From a virus (taxonomy: Duplodnaviria > Caudoviricetes), in IMG/VR virus record IMGVR_UViG_3300024331_000007, positions 128,001-192,000 of that record: a stretch of DNA of 64,000 nt; one strand, 5' to 3'. The translations under genes were made by a program, and so were the position numbers. The notes under the pieces were generated by a model, which saw only the letters and a program-made list of their open reading frames with translations, searched no databases and was not told the origin of the DNA. Numbering within the stretch: position 1 is the stretch's first letter; the number at the start of each line of letters is the position of its first letter. Shown here in pieces: positions 28,891 to 39,573 of this stretch.

Positions 28891-30141
28891 CTACGATTTA
28901 GTCTTTTTGGCAACCGATTTTTTCTCAAATATTTCGATTTTTGGTATTTCCTTTTTATCTACACAGTTGCCGTGAAAAGTAACTTTGGCCACTCTTCGCT
29001 TTTGGTACTCTGGAATAATGTATAAATGTGGTAACATGATGGCGTCACAAATAGATCGAAGACCTCGAACTCCAGTTTTTTCAGTTTTTGCTTGATGTGC
29101 AACTCTTTCCAAAAAGTCGTTGGTAAATTCCAAATCTATCCCATCCACGTTAAAGTAGAATTTGTATTCAGCTAGAATGTTGTTCTTTGCATTAGTAAGA
29201 ACTTCCAAGAGTTCAACTTCAGTTAGCTCTTTTGTGTGGGTTTTCATTGGAAATCTCCCCACAAATTCTGGAATCATACCAAACTCTACGAAATCTTCAG
29301 TGACATATTCGGCATCAAGATTTTGGGTAGCTGCAACTGCGGCATCTCCGAAGCCAAGTCCCTTCTTTTTCTTTAATCGAGTAGTCACAATGTCCGTCAT
29401 TCCGATGAACGCACCACCACAAATGAATAACATATTCGAAGTATTAACTTCCACTACCTTTGGCGCTCTTTTTGAGTCTGGATTTAACGTAACTGGTATG
29501 ACCGTTCCTTCAACCATCTTCAATAATGCAGACTGGATGCCTGATACTTTAGCTTCCGATGCAGTGGCGCGATTCTTCGTAGTGATCTTGTCAATTTCAT
29601 CTATGAACACAATACCATTTTCGGCTGCATTGATGTCACCATTAGCTTCCATTAGCAAGCGTGTGATGATAGTATCAACATTTTGACCAATATATCCAGC
29701 TTCAGTAAGAGTTGTGGCATCTACAGCTATGAAAGGAACATCCAGAAACTTTGCAACGGTACTCACCAGCAGGCTTTTTCCACTTCCACTCGGCCCGGTA
29801 ATCATTAAGTTACTCTTATTCAGATCACTTCCTTCGTGTTCGTAGAGCATCCTCTTATAATGATTTACCACGCTGACGCAAATAGCCATTTTTGCCGTCT
29901 CTTGGCCGATCACAAACTGGTCCATGAACTCTCTAATCTTTATACTATTGAGTTGTTCAACCAATTGCTTCTTTTCTGCCACTTGCGAAGGAACAATCTC
30001 AGACGCAGGGGTGCTCTTGAGCAGGCCGTTGAACAGGATTATGCATTTGTCGCATATCGAGTAGTCACCGCTTACGACCATCTTGAGGCTCTCACCTCTA
30101 CTTTTTTTGCAGAAAGTACATTTGATGGGATTTTTAGTCAT
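28891..30141 (-). CDS. clpX: ATP-dependent Clp protease ATP-binding subunit ClpX
   Basis: C4 Zn domain, VIGQETAK, GPSGSGKS, DATTLTEAGYIG, FIDEIDK, LGF loop, GMIPEFVGR, TGVRGLRS. Confidence 0.93.
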   Translation of the reverse strand: MTKNPIKCTFCKKSRGESLKMVVSGDYSICDKCIILFNGLLKSTPASEIVPSQVAEKKQLVEQLNSIKIREFMDQFVIGQETAKMAICVSVVNHYKRMLYEHEGSDLNKSNLMITGPSGSGKSLLVSTVAKFLDVPFIAVDATTLTEAGYIGQNVDTIITRLLMEANGDINAAENGIVFIDEIDKITTKNRATASEAKVSGIQSALLKMVEGTVIPVTLNPDSKRAPKVVEVNTSNMLFICGGAFIGMTDIVTTRLKKKKGLGFGDAAVAATQNLDAEYVTEDFVEFGMIPEFVGRFPMKTHTKELTEVELLEVLTNAKNNILAEYKFYFNVDGIDLEFTNDFLERVAHQAKTEKTGVRGLRSICDAIMLPHLYIIPEYQKRRVAKVTFHGNCVDKKEIPKIEIFEKKSVAKKTKS

Positions 30142-30405
30142 TGTTAGGCTGATTTGTGTTTCTTAGTTTTGAAAAGGCTTTTGAATGAGAAATGATTGTA
30201 TCTATGAGCATATACCAACCACAAAATAGAAGCAGCACAAGTCAAAAACAATAAAGCTCTGTACTCGTCATATGAGACGCACAGAACAACAAACAGGAAA
30301 AAGACAAGCATTGGAAATTGCTTTACGGTTGCTCGTATCATTGCTACTTCCTATTACGAAGATTGTTACCACTCAATGATACTATTTATGAAAACTGTGC
30401 GAATT

Positions 30406-30951
30406 TTAGGGTTTCAATTTGGCTTTGCGCCTAATAGCGCGGAAGGTAGCCCTTCTAGCCTTTTTGACGGCCTTTTCAATGCGGTGTTCCTTGCGAACAG
30501 AGGACCATTTGTAGGAAAAACGCTTTCTAATGTAGTTCAGGGTATGAAATACTGGCTCATTCCCATTTATTCCATCCGAAACAACCAACAAACCAACACA
30601 TTCTGCTTTTGGCGCAAAATCTTTTACCTCGTAATAGATATTTGCTGCTGTTTCGCCAGATTCAACGAAGTCATCAACTATAACATAGCGTTTTGACTTT
30701 GAAAATCCCTCGACTCTGGATACGCTGTGAGATGTTGCCTCTCTTTTGCGAACCATTATAAGGTTTTTCTTGAGTTTTGTGGCAATAATAGGCGCAATGA
30801 TAGCTCCGCTCATTCCACGGAATGCAATGGAGTCAAAATTTTTCTTTGGAAGTATTCGGATGGCGTTATTGATTAGATGGCGCAGTTTCAGCGGAGTTAA
30901 AAGATACGCCAAATAAGGTGAAACAATATTATGAACCGGGCGTCTGGGCAT
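30406..30951 (-). CDS. type I phosphoribosyltransferase-like protein
   Basis: PRPP-binding motif YVIVDDFVESGET. Confidence 0.75.
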   Translation of the reverse strand: MPRRPVHNIVSPYLAYLLTPLKLRHLINNAIRILPKKNFDSIAFRGMSGAIIAPIIATKLKKNLIMVRKREATSHSVSRVEGFSKSKRYVIVDDFVESGETAANIYYEVKDFAPKAECVGLLVVSDGINGNEPVFHTLNYIRKRFSYKWSSVRKEHRIEKAVKKARRATFRAIRRKAKLKP

Positions 30952-30954
30952 GCG

Positions 30955-31698
30955 TTACTTTAATTTAACCAACACGGCTGTTGAATTATCATCTCGCTGA
31001 ATATTCGCCATTGCTTTCACTAAGTCTTCCGCATCAGCACCCTTTTCAATAAAATCTACAACAATTGGAAGGGTATCTCCAGCAATATGAGACGGGTCCA
31101 TAAGACCATCGGAACAGATTAGAATCCAACTGTTCTCGTTCACAGGAATGTGAAAGATTTCAGGTTCACGTAGGAGAACTCGATTTAAATCCCTATCTCC
31201 CAATGCGCGACTCATTTGAAGTCCCGGTCCATCAATTTGCCATTTGTCAAATAGGTAACCGTTGACGCTTATTTTGCCGCCACGCGCTTCGGCTGCTTGA
31301 GCTTCCGCCAAATTTGTTCGAACATTGTGTTCTGGAGACTTCCAGATTTGTCCGTTCGCATCCTTTATGATAACTGGACTATCGCCCAAAACTGCAATAT
31401 GAGCAACGTTATCCTTCAACCACACGATGCTTGCTGAGGAACCACAGGTATGATCGTTTGTTAACGATGCTAATTTGTTATAAATTTGAAGTAGTGTTGA
31501 ATCTGGGTCTTTCTTTGTTTCTTTAGAAAGTGAATGAAACTCGCGAGGTGCTGCCGACGATGCAATTTCTGCTACCCATTTACCGCCGTGTCCGTCGAAC
31601 ACGCCAAGAAGAACTCCAACTGTTTTCGTTATTTTGAAAAAGGATCGGTCTTCTTGGTATGCTCTACGATTTTGTGCTGAAAATTGTGTTACTTCCAT
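30955..31698 (-). CDS. PP2C-family protein Ser/Thr phosphatase
   Basis: RAYQED, GVFDGHGG, VLGDS, MSRALGD, LICSDGL, DDNST. Confidence 0.9.
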   Translation of the reverse strand: MEVTQFSAQNRRAYQEDRSFFKITKTVGVLLGVFDGHGGKWVAEIASSAAPREFHSLSKETKKDPDSTLLQIYNKLASLTNDHTCGSSASIVWLKDNVAHIAVLGDSPVIIKDANGQIWKSPEHNVRTNLAEAQAAEARGGKISVNGYLFDKWQIDGPGLQMSRALGDRDLNRVLLREPEIFHIPVNENSWILICSDGLMDPSHIAGDTLPIVVDFIEKGADAEDLVKAMANIQRDDNSTAVLVKLK

Positions 31699-32839
31699 GA
31701 TGAACTACTTTCTATGTGAATTGCCTGTTTAACTGGTAGTACGATACTACTAATTGATATTTTATGTATTGGGGCAATGTGGTCTAGTTTCTTATGTCAA
31801 GTCAATGTCAAGTATCTCCAAATATTTGTGCCATTGCACATGCGTTTGAAACTTTTTGATGTTAATCTTTAATCGAGTGTTCGAAGTATTTAGTTTGTTG
31901 TTGCCTTCTGCTTAATTATCTCGGCCATATTAAGAGAATCCGAGATAAGTTGCGTGATTCGGCCCATATCGCTTGGATAATCATACGGTGGAGGGGCAAG
32001 TTCATAAATTTCTGTCTGTGCCTGTTTTAGTCTTTCAATTAAAATGTCAACTGCTGTTTTCGCTTCCATTGTTGGACCTCAATTCTTAATATTTGGGTGG
32101 TATCCTGAATCTTTTTGCGTCTTTAGCTTGCTCTTTTCTCGCTTTCAAATCGTATATCAATGCCAGAATCAAGCCAATCACTGTGAAGAAAGGAATTTGA
32201 ATTGCCAGTAATGACCAGCTAATTGTAATACTGCAAATTAGCATTATTATCAGACCTGCTACAAACATTACAAGTGAACTAAAAAGCCAAGGAAAAATGA
32301 TCTGATGGTTTCTATTCAAAAAATTCATTTCTGCTTCTTCGAAGCTATCGGATGAACGGATTCATGAGCCGACAATGTGAAAAATATGCCGCTTGCAAAA
32401 GAAGATAGACCGAGCATAACCACAAGAACAATTCCATGATGAGGAATATGTAGCAACGGTCCTGCTAAAATTCCAGAAAGCAAAGCAAAACACATCCATC
32501 CAATCAAATATTTTAGTTCCTTGCTCATGTATTACTTCTTTCTGTTCTTTGCGCTTTCTTTCTCAAGTTGCGTCACAAGTTTGTGAATGCGTCGTCCTGC
32601 TTCTTTTCGTTCGACGCCCAATTTTCTTAAATTAAGCCACGAATTTTTACAATCTCCACTGCCCCAACATTTATCACAAATGTCTGGGGTCATTGCCGTT
32701 GAAGCAATAAAAGCGTCCTTTTGCCAAGTCGCCCCACTACCATATAATTTGTATCCTGATCCATTGCAATGATTACATGGATGTTGAACTACTTGCTCTC
32801 TCATAAAACCTTTCAGTACGTATGTTTGTGTTCTCTTTG

Positions 32840-32868
32840 AGTATAATAAGGTTTTCAAGAGTTGTCAA
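32840..32868 (-). promoter_or_regulatory. sigma70-type early promoter
   Basis: TTGACA-N17-TATACT. Confidence 0.75.
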
Positions 32869-32871
32869 GGA

Positions 32872-32959
32872 AAAACAGGGATGGTTGCGGAATTGAACCG
32901 CAAATTATTTGATGCAACAAGTTAATATTAACGGTCCACGCCATCCCTGCATATTTATA
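32872..32959 (-). ncRNA. late-promoter-driven tRNA-like small RNA (non-canonical)
   Basis: TATAAATA (32952-32959) directly before GCAGGGATGG; closes with CCATCCCTGT plus T-tract; T-arm TTGCGG-TTCAATT-CCGCAA; no clean anticodon arm, no CCA. Confidence 0.55.
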
Positions 32960-33091
32960 AAAACAAATATAGGAATCGACACCACGCCCAAACATAGCCA
33001 GAGATAACGAAGAATGCCGCGCCAGTCAGAACAACCAGCGCGGATTCCAGTTTGGTCATATGCTCAAAATGCAACTTCATATGATCCTTTC

Positions 33092-33964
33092 TTATTCATA
33101 AGATTCTAATGCCGCCAATAGAGGTTCAATTGGCGATGCATAAAAACCAGACGAGTTGAGACAGTTGAACTCAACCACTTTGTATGTTCCATCTGCCATT
33201 AGGGCAATGTCCATCACAATATTCTGAGATGGCATCCACTCTTGTGCCATTCGGTTCGCCTGAATCCAAACCGCTTCAGAAATTGGCTCACGAATACGAA
33301 GCAAACCATCATGCTTGTATTGAGAACCTGTTACGACTTTACCGTTCACGATAAAGAAACGCCACTCCTGAACGATCTTTTGAACTGGACTGATTACGAG
33401 TCGGTCATCATCCTTCAGATGCTCATTCTCAATCATCCACCACTCTCTATCGCTAATGGTCGGAGAAGTTCGAGAATCATACTCAAGAACCATTCCAGTC
33501 AGGACTTTCGGATCGGCAGACTTGATGAAGACTGGCTCTGTAATCCAATTCTTCCTAAGGTCACCAACAGTCAGGTAAGACTGAGCCTCGTTCAAAAGGT
33601 CTGGGCGTTTGCCAACCCAATTTTGTGGATCAAACCATGCGTTAGTGAAGAACACACCCGGCTTGATTGGAAGATGTTCAGCAATTTCAACAAGACGAGT
33701 GCTGCCGTAAAACATTGTCGGACCCGACACATCTATATCGTCCATGCCAACAATGTTGTCTGTGAATGGGATAACACCAATTGCGTGACGAGTGCTACCG
33801 CGCTTGTCAATGGCCTCAACCAATGGCGCGACATTATTGTCCAGACACGCGAACGTGACGCCAGAGTTTTGAATTAGCCATTTCATTGAATTGCCTTTCT
33901 TATTTCTGTTCGGCCAGCACATCAGCGAAATATGCCATCCACCACCAATCGGGGATTCGGTCAA
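33092..33964 (-). CDS. ATP-grasp domain protein (R2K/DUF4343-like)
   Basis: FYGST, VFIK, EWRFFIVNGKVVTGSQY, VMDIA, VVEFNCLNSSGFY; true start probably MKWLIQ. Confidence 0.75.
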   Translation of the reverse strand: MTESPIGGGWHISLMCWPNRNKKGNSMKWLIQNSGVTFACLDNNVAPLVEAIDKRGSTRHAIGVIPFTDNIVGMDDIDVSGPTMFYGSTRLVEIAEHLPIKPGVFFTNAWFDPQNWVGKRPDLLNEAQSYLTVGDLRKNWITEPVFIKSADPKVLTGMVLEYDSRTSPTISDREWWMIENEHLKDDDRLVISPVQKIVQEWRFFIVNGKVVTGSQYKHDGLLRIREPISEAVWIQANRMAQEWMPSQNIVMDIALMADGTYKVVEFNCLNSSGFYASPIEPLLAALESYE

Positions 33965-34390
33965 ATTCGCAGTATTCGTCTGGATCAGATGAGTTGCGAC
34001 GATTTATGTCTTTCTCAAGTTCCAGCTTATCTTCATCTGAAATGCCGTTGAACATTGTTTTGTCCGTATCGTTACAACCATGATTGCCATACGTTTCAGA
34101 TGCCATATCAAGCAATCGAGACGCCAACAAAAATCCACCCTTGTTCATTGCGTTTCCTTTCTACTCAAAAGACCAATATCTAACTCGGCGTTTACGAATA
34201 CGAAAACCGTCTATCCTGAAGTTGTCAACAAAAAAGTCAGATATAGTCCACCACAGCAGACAACCAATTGCCCACACGCCAATACATATCGCCGCTAAAA
34301 GAATTAAGAAGCTAATGCCTAAGATAATATCAAATATGATTGTGAGTATTGGTGCAATGATGTCAAACATGAAATGCCTTTCTGAGAGGT

Positions 34391-34465
34391 TGGTAGCCGA
34401 CCCCAGATTTGAACTGAGATAGCTAGTTTCGAAGACTAGCGTCCTATCCGTTGGACGAATCGGCC
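34391..34465 (-). tRNA. trnR-UCG: tRNA-Arg (UCG)
   Basis: Cloverleaf: CTAGT-CTTCGAA-ACTAG, T-loop TTCAAAT, encoded CCA. Confidence 0.9.
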
Positions 34466-34472
34466 ATAAATT

Positions 34473-34547
34473 TGGTAGGCAATGAAGGAATCGAACCTTC
34501 GTCTACGATTTAGAAGATCGTCGTCCTGTCCGTTGAACGAATCGCCC
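34473..34547 (-). tRNA. trnR-UCU: tRNA-Arg (UCU)
   Basis: ACGAT-CTTCTAA-ATCGT, GAAGG-TTCGATT-CCTTC, encoded CCA. Confidence 0.92.
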
Positions 34548-34557
34548 ATAAAACTAT

Positions 34558-34917
34558 TTATGCGATGCTGAAATACATCAGAATCACATATAAAACTTTA
34601 CATCCATAGTGAAGTGCCTGATCGGTAGTAAAGCCAAATCTGCCGTCACACTTCAAAAAGTCAATGAACATATGTAAAACAAGTTCAAGCATTGCCAAAA
34701 ATAAACTGCCTGTTACAAGCCCGACCATACCTGCATGAATCAGAGCATGACTTAACAGCATGATCTGCCACGAATAGCCGGGAATCGGATTCTTGTGATT
34801 CTTCCCTTTTGAGAGAAACTCGCCCTGTAAAGGAAAATCGCAAATTTCATGTCCGACAATCAACCAAAATAGAATTGGCATTAGTTCCTCACGGGGTATT
34901 TCCAAATTCCCCATCAA
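34558..34917 (-). CDS. DUF3307-like membrane protein
   Basis: GHEICDFPLQ, HALIH, HMFIDFLK, DQALH. Confidence 0.75.
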   Translation of the reverse strand: MMGNLEIPREELMPILFWLIVGHEICDFPLQGEFLSKGKNHKNPIPGYSWQIMLLSHALIHAGMVGLVTGSLFLAMLELVLHMFIDFLKCDGRFGFTTDQALHYGCKVLYVILMYFSIA

Positions 34918-35431
34918 GCCAGTTGATAGCCGGGATTACTACTGCAAAGCCAAAAATGACGTTGATTATAATCCCCAGAACGCCTGTAAAATCATACCAC
35001 CATTGATTGTTCCACACATATTGCATGTGATCATACCACAGGTTGACGTAAATCAGTACAATTGTTGAAACGAGAAGAAAAATCCATGTGCTCAGTTTCA
35101 TCAGTGTATAATGCTCCCCGACATTGTTGAAACGGTATTCATAAAACCCTTTCTTTATTCGCTTACAATTTCGCTCGGTGCCTCGCTAGTCGGTTCGCTT
35201 ACCTCAGATGGTTTCTGAATCAAATGTAGTAACCAATTCACTACTAAAATCGAGGTTGTCACAAAGCTAATAAAAGCAAAAACATAGCACCAAATCAAGG
35301 TCAGTCTAAACCACCAAGCCGTTGAAATTGGTTCGGAAAAAGTATACATCCAGCACAACAAATATGAAAATCCTATCGAACTGGCAGGCAATAATGTCAA
35401 CAAATACTTTTTCATGGTAACCTCTCAAAGT

Positions 35432-35524
35432 TGGTAGGGGATGAGTGATTCGAACACTCCCGTTGCACCAATCTAGTGCTCTCCAGTGTTTATAAGGCAC
35501 CGCCGCACACCAATGCTATCCCCC
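35432..35524 (-). tRNA. atypical 93-nt tRNA with UAU anticodon (nominally Ile) and long variable arm
   Basis: GGGGGAT/ATCCCCT-A-CCA; D-arm GCAT-TGGT-GTGC; anticodon loop CT-TAT-AA; variable hairpin GCACT-AGATT-GGTGC; T-arm GAGTG-TTCGAAT-CACTC. Confidence 0.8.
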
Positions 35525-35555
35525 ACAAATTGTTGATACTGCTACCAATATAACA

Positions 35556-35584
35556 AGTATACCATTTGGTAGCAACTCTGTCAA
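35556..35584 (-). promoter_or_regulatory. sigma70-type early promoter for the UAU tRNA
   Basis: TTGACA-N17-TATACT about 30 nt upstream of the tRNA 5' end. Confidence 0.75.
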
Positions 35585-36031
35585 TAACTATTTATCTGTG
35601 ATTCCTAACGCCTTGATGTTTATTACTGTGAATATATTATTCTGCGTATCATAGATAAGTATGTCTCCCGGTTTAGAATGAGACATAATCTCAACAATTG
35701 CTTCATTCAATATACCAACCTCGCGCATATTTTCTAACATTTGGGCATGTTGTTCTTCGCTGCGAAGTCGAAGTATTGGTTCAAATCGTCGCGCATTATC
35801 ATTGGTGATATGAATGCCAGCACGTAGATGACAATGTAAAATGAAACTATACCAGCAAACCAGCCAATGATCTTAACAACACTATCCTTTCTTTTCTTTG
35901 GAATGCTGTTTTTCTTAGCAGTATCGTATTCAACCAAGCAATAGTCGCACATGCGAATGTTATCTTCGATATTCTCGTTTCCTCTTACTCCGCCTTTTGC
36001 ACCGCGACAAATCTCACAGTTGTCCAATTCT

Positions 36032-36406
36032 TTAGTCATTCTCATTCCTATCTATACTTTCAAGATATCTGCACCAATCGCCATCTCCCCAATCAGTCAT
36101 TGTATCAGACGAAACTACTGGCTGCACAAGTTTGTGAGTTCTCTCAAAAATATCTGGTTTTACTGGATAAAATTCTCCAGCATCTCCCTTGACAATCCAA
36201 TCGTCCTTAGATGCATGCATATCACCATCCAAAGTTCTTATTGTAAGATCGCCATAATAATACATCACTGGAGGGTCTTGGCCGCTCAAAGGGTCAAACT
36301 TTGTTTCAGCATTTATCCAATCAATAATTTCTTGAGCATTTTGATATGTTTGCTTGAATTGAATAGCATCGACAATGATTGGAACTTTACGGAATCTTTG
36401 GATCAT
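36032..36406 (-). CDS. PGDYG-like conserved phage protein
   Basis: FRKVP...DAIQF...IRTLDGDMHASKDDWIVKGDAGEFYPVKPDIF. Confidence 0.7.
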   Translation of the reverse strand: MIQRFRKVPIIVDAIQFKQTYQNAQEIIDWINAETKFDPLSGQDPPVMYYYGDLTIRTLDGDMHASKDDWIVKGDAGEFYPVKPDIFERTHKLVQPVVSSDTMTDWGDGDWCRYLESIDRNEND

Positions 36407-36723
36407 GAGATTTTCCTTCCAATATCATTATACCACTGAACCAATTATTATTTTTCTTTTTCTTTGTGAATGGTATGATATGCGTTTGGAAAATGTAATT
36501 TGGTCAATTCCATCCCATCATCGTCGCCTTCAATTTGCGGATATTTTTCAAACAAACGAACGCATTGTTTACAAGTCTGTGATAATCCCTGTCGTAGATT
36601 ACACCAAATATGATGGCAGTCCATAAATCATCCTTAATAGATTTGTGACTTATTTATCTTGACTAGGTTACAATAGGAGAAACCTTCGTCACCAAATCAG
36701 CGTTCAATAAAGTGACCTTCGTT

Positions 36724-37050
36724 TTAAACCTTTTGAGTTCCTCTGAGACGAGGAATCATCCAATCCGCCAATATAAATCTATTTGAAAGTTGCCACGCAT
36801 CTTTGACTTGAGGTTCGCAAAATCTTTTATCGATTCCCGGCCAATCCTGAAATACGGCTGACCATGCTTCGTTCTCAGTTTTAGCGTCTACCATAGCAAC
36901 AATGGTATTATATTCCTTATCCTTGCTATGGAAACCGCTTCCTGAACACCACCAACCCAAAATTGCTTCATTGGGAGGATACGTTAACGGCCTGTAATCC
37001 TCGTCGTAGCAATACCATGACATCCAGTACCTATTCATTTTTGGCCCCAC
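36724..37050 (-). CDS. conserved phage hypothetical protein
   Basis: RYWMSW...DYRPL...LGWWCSG...DWP pattern. Confidence 0.6.
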   Translation of the reverse strand: MGPKMNRYWMSWYCYDEDYRPLTYPPNEAILGWWCSGSGFHSKDKEYNTIVAMVDAKTENEAWSAVFQDWPGIDKRFCEPQVKDAWQLSNRFILADWMIPRLRGTQKV

Positions 37051-37538
37051 TGCTTTTCTGCTATAACAACTTTAAGATGCTGAATCAATTCATCCATTGA
37101 ATCTACTACAGGCATTCCGTTAAGGTGAGCAGTAATTTCGACATTCGCTTTACGATAAAATCCCGGCTCACAAAGTACAATACCCGGCTTGTTAATGTAT
37201 TGTCCCAATTCCAACAGAGTGATTGGAGATTTACTTTCAGCAGTCATCACGAAAACTCGATAGTCGGCAACTTTCAAGTAATGTTGTTCCCACGTAACCT
37301 GTGCCACAAATTCAGAATTGTCCAAATCCTGTTTCCAATTTTTATCCCAATTGTCGCGGCGGGGATTGTACAGAATAACACGATAATCATTTAATGCTGT
37401 GACTAAATTTTTCTGCCAATCCCAAACTGCTCCCTGATCGATACTGCCGCCTAAGAAAATACTGAATGTTCCTATACGATCAAATGGTTGAAGCTTCTCT
37501 GGAGCCTTTACTTCCTTCATTAAAATATCTCCTTGCAA
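37035..37538 (-). CDS. nucleoside 2-deoxyribosyltransferase-like protein
   Basis: IFLGGSID...WQ, NPRRD.W, QVTWE, SPITLLELG, GFYRKANV. Confidence 0.8.
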   Translation of the reverse strand: MQGDILMKEVKAPEKLQPFDRIGTFSIFLGGSIDQGAVWDWQKNLVTALNDYRVILYNPRRDNWDKNWKQDLDNSEFVAQVTWEQHYLKVADYRVFVMTAESKSPITLLELGQYINKPGIVLCEPGFYRKANVEITAHLNGMPVVDSMDELIQHLKVVIAEKQWGQK

Positions 37539-38383
37539 TACGGTACATTAACAGGATTCGAGATTCGGGCCGCTTCTCGTATTCTGCCACATTTCGGACA
37601 GGTGTAAACTGCCGCAGGAAAACTGTAATTGCATGGGATGGTAAACAGTCCAAACAAAACTTTTCGTCTTCCCTTACATAAAATAAGTGTTCTCATTTCC
37701 AATCATCCTCATCTTTTTCCTTAATATGGCGATAATACGAAACACCAACCACAAGAATAAAAAGCACAAATGCCACATTCCCAATCTGATCTGGTGTCAT
37801 CGCGGAGTTCTGAGCCTCGCCAATCTATAAAGTTCTTTCAATTGCTCAATATGATAATTTGCTTCATGAACTGACATTGGACTACTCAGTTCTGGATGAC
37901 ATTTTTCTCGACTTGTATAAACAGGGTATTCATCTTCATAGAATCCCCAAATCTCATTGCTATGCGAAATTACTAAATCTTTTTGGAGTTCCTTGATGTG
38001 ATATGCAAGGGATTCGACAAATTTTCTGGGCAAAACAATAACTTCTTGTTTCTCGTCTGCCGCATCCAGAAAAGTTTGGATTGGATCATCACTCCAGAAT
38101 TGATTAATGTCCCGCTTTCTCGGCATCGCGGCTCGCTTTCCTTTGTTCTTTTTGGATTTGCTTATACGCCTTTTTGCAGGGTGTCACGATCCATGCATCA
38201 ACCCACCAAATAACCAAACCAATTACAACACCATTCCAAAAACCATCCCACCACTGTGTATTAAAATCTATCATATTTGTTTACCTGCTTTCATGAATGA
38301 GACTATGGCATACGAGTTTGGGACATAAACAAACTCCAGTCTTTATTGTAGCAAGAACTGGAGTCGTGTACAAATTGAATTTT

Positions 38384-38459
38384 TGGTGGATGCGGCAGGG
38401 ATCGAACCTGCGACAAACTGATTAAGAGTCAGCTACTCTACCAACTGAGTTACGCATCC
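38384..38459 (-). tRNA. trnK-CUU: tRNA-Lys (CUU)
   Basis: GGATGCG/CGCATCC, GCTGA-CTCTTAA-TCAGT, TTCGATC, encoded CCA. Confidence 0.95.
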
Positions 38460-39573
38460 ATTTAAACTTTCAGTGATTCTCGTATCTTCCAATATATTAG
38501 CAAAACTAGATTTGCTTCGCAAGCCACAACCAAAGATTTAACTATAGCAATACAAATGGTTGTGTGGAGAATCAATAAATTATACGCGAGTACGAACACT
38601 ATGCCAGCGGCACATGCTTGAAACCAATCCTTTACTTTAAACATGTGATAAACCTATGCAAGATGAAGTGCTTGGATGGTTCACAAGCTATGCATCTATT
38701 TATCGTTTCTATGAATCAAGAGTAGAAAAGAAGTCACTCCTTCTTCGTTTAAACTGCTTGAATCTTGGAAATTTTCCATGTTGGCGTTCAGCAAGAAAGT
38801 TTCCAAGAAACTGGTTACCTAAAACAAAACAAATACCAAGGACCGCTCCAATCACAATTGAATTTGGATCGATAGTCATTCAGCCCTTTCTCACAGACTC
38901 ACTTGTTTTGTTACCAGTTCGCCACATCCCAAACAAGTATTTGTGTAGGTTGTGCGAATCGCTCTGATAGTTCTCGGTTGATGCTTTTCGCCAACAGTAT
39001 ACAGCCATGGTGTCAAATCATTTTCCGCATCATACACATTCACTGATCCTATCTCTTTCCATTTGGAAGGATCGTATGAATGACGGTGAAATAACCGCGC
39101 AAAAATTTCTTTCATTCCGTAACCTCTGGCGCTAATTTGAACCACATATGAACGTATTTCATGTGAAAAACTTGTGTTTGCTGAATGCCGTCAACATCCC
39201 AAATCTTCACTGTCATATAACGGCCATCTGGAGTATCGTACAGAACATACCACAAAGCCTCGGCTGTACGAGTAACAATCGACTTGTGTTGTTCCAAAGC
39301 CTCTTCGGTCACATGGAACAACTTCTCAAACTCAACTTCTGAAAATTTACGAGGGCCTACAACAAGAGTACTCATAGTTTTACGCCTTCATTCATCTTCT
39401 CGCGAAAAATTTCCTCGGCCTTTTCAGGAGACATGGCAATCAGCATAGACGCACGATTGACAGCTTCGGTGATCTTTTCAACAACGCCAATTTCACGAGC
39501 CTTTTGCAAAGCCTCACGCGCTGCCTTCTCAAACGATGGATTTGACATTTGCTTCATTTAGCCCTACTCCTTT

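Noticed and set aside
31795-31811. Three overlapping TTGAC hexamers as a promoter cluster
   Set aside because: No -10 element at 16-18 bp from any of them
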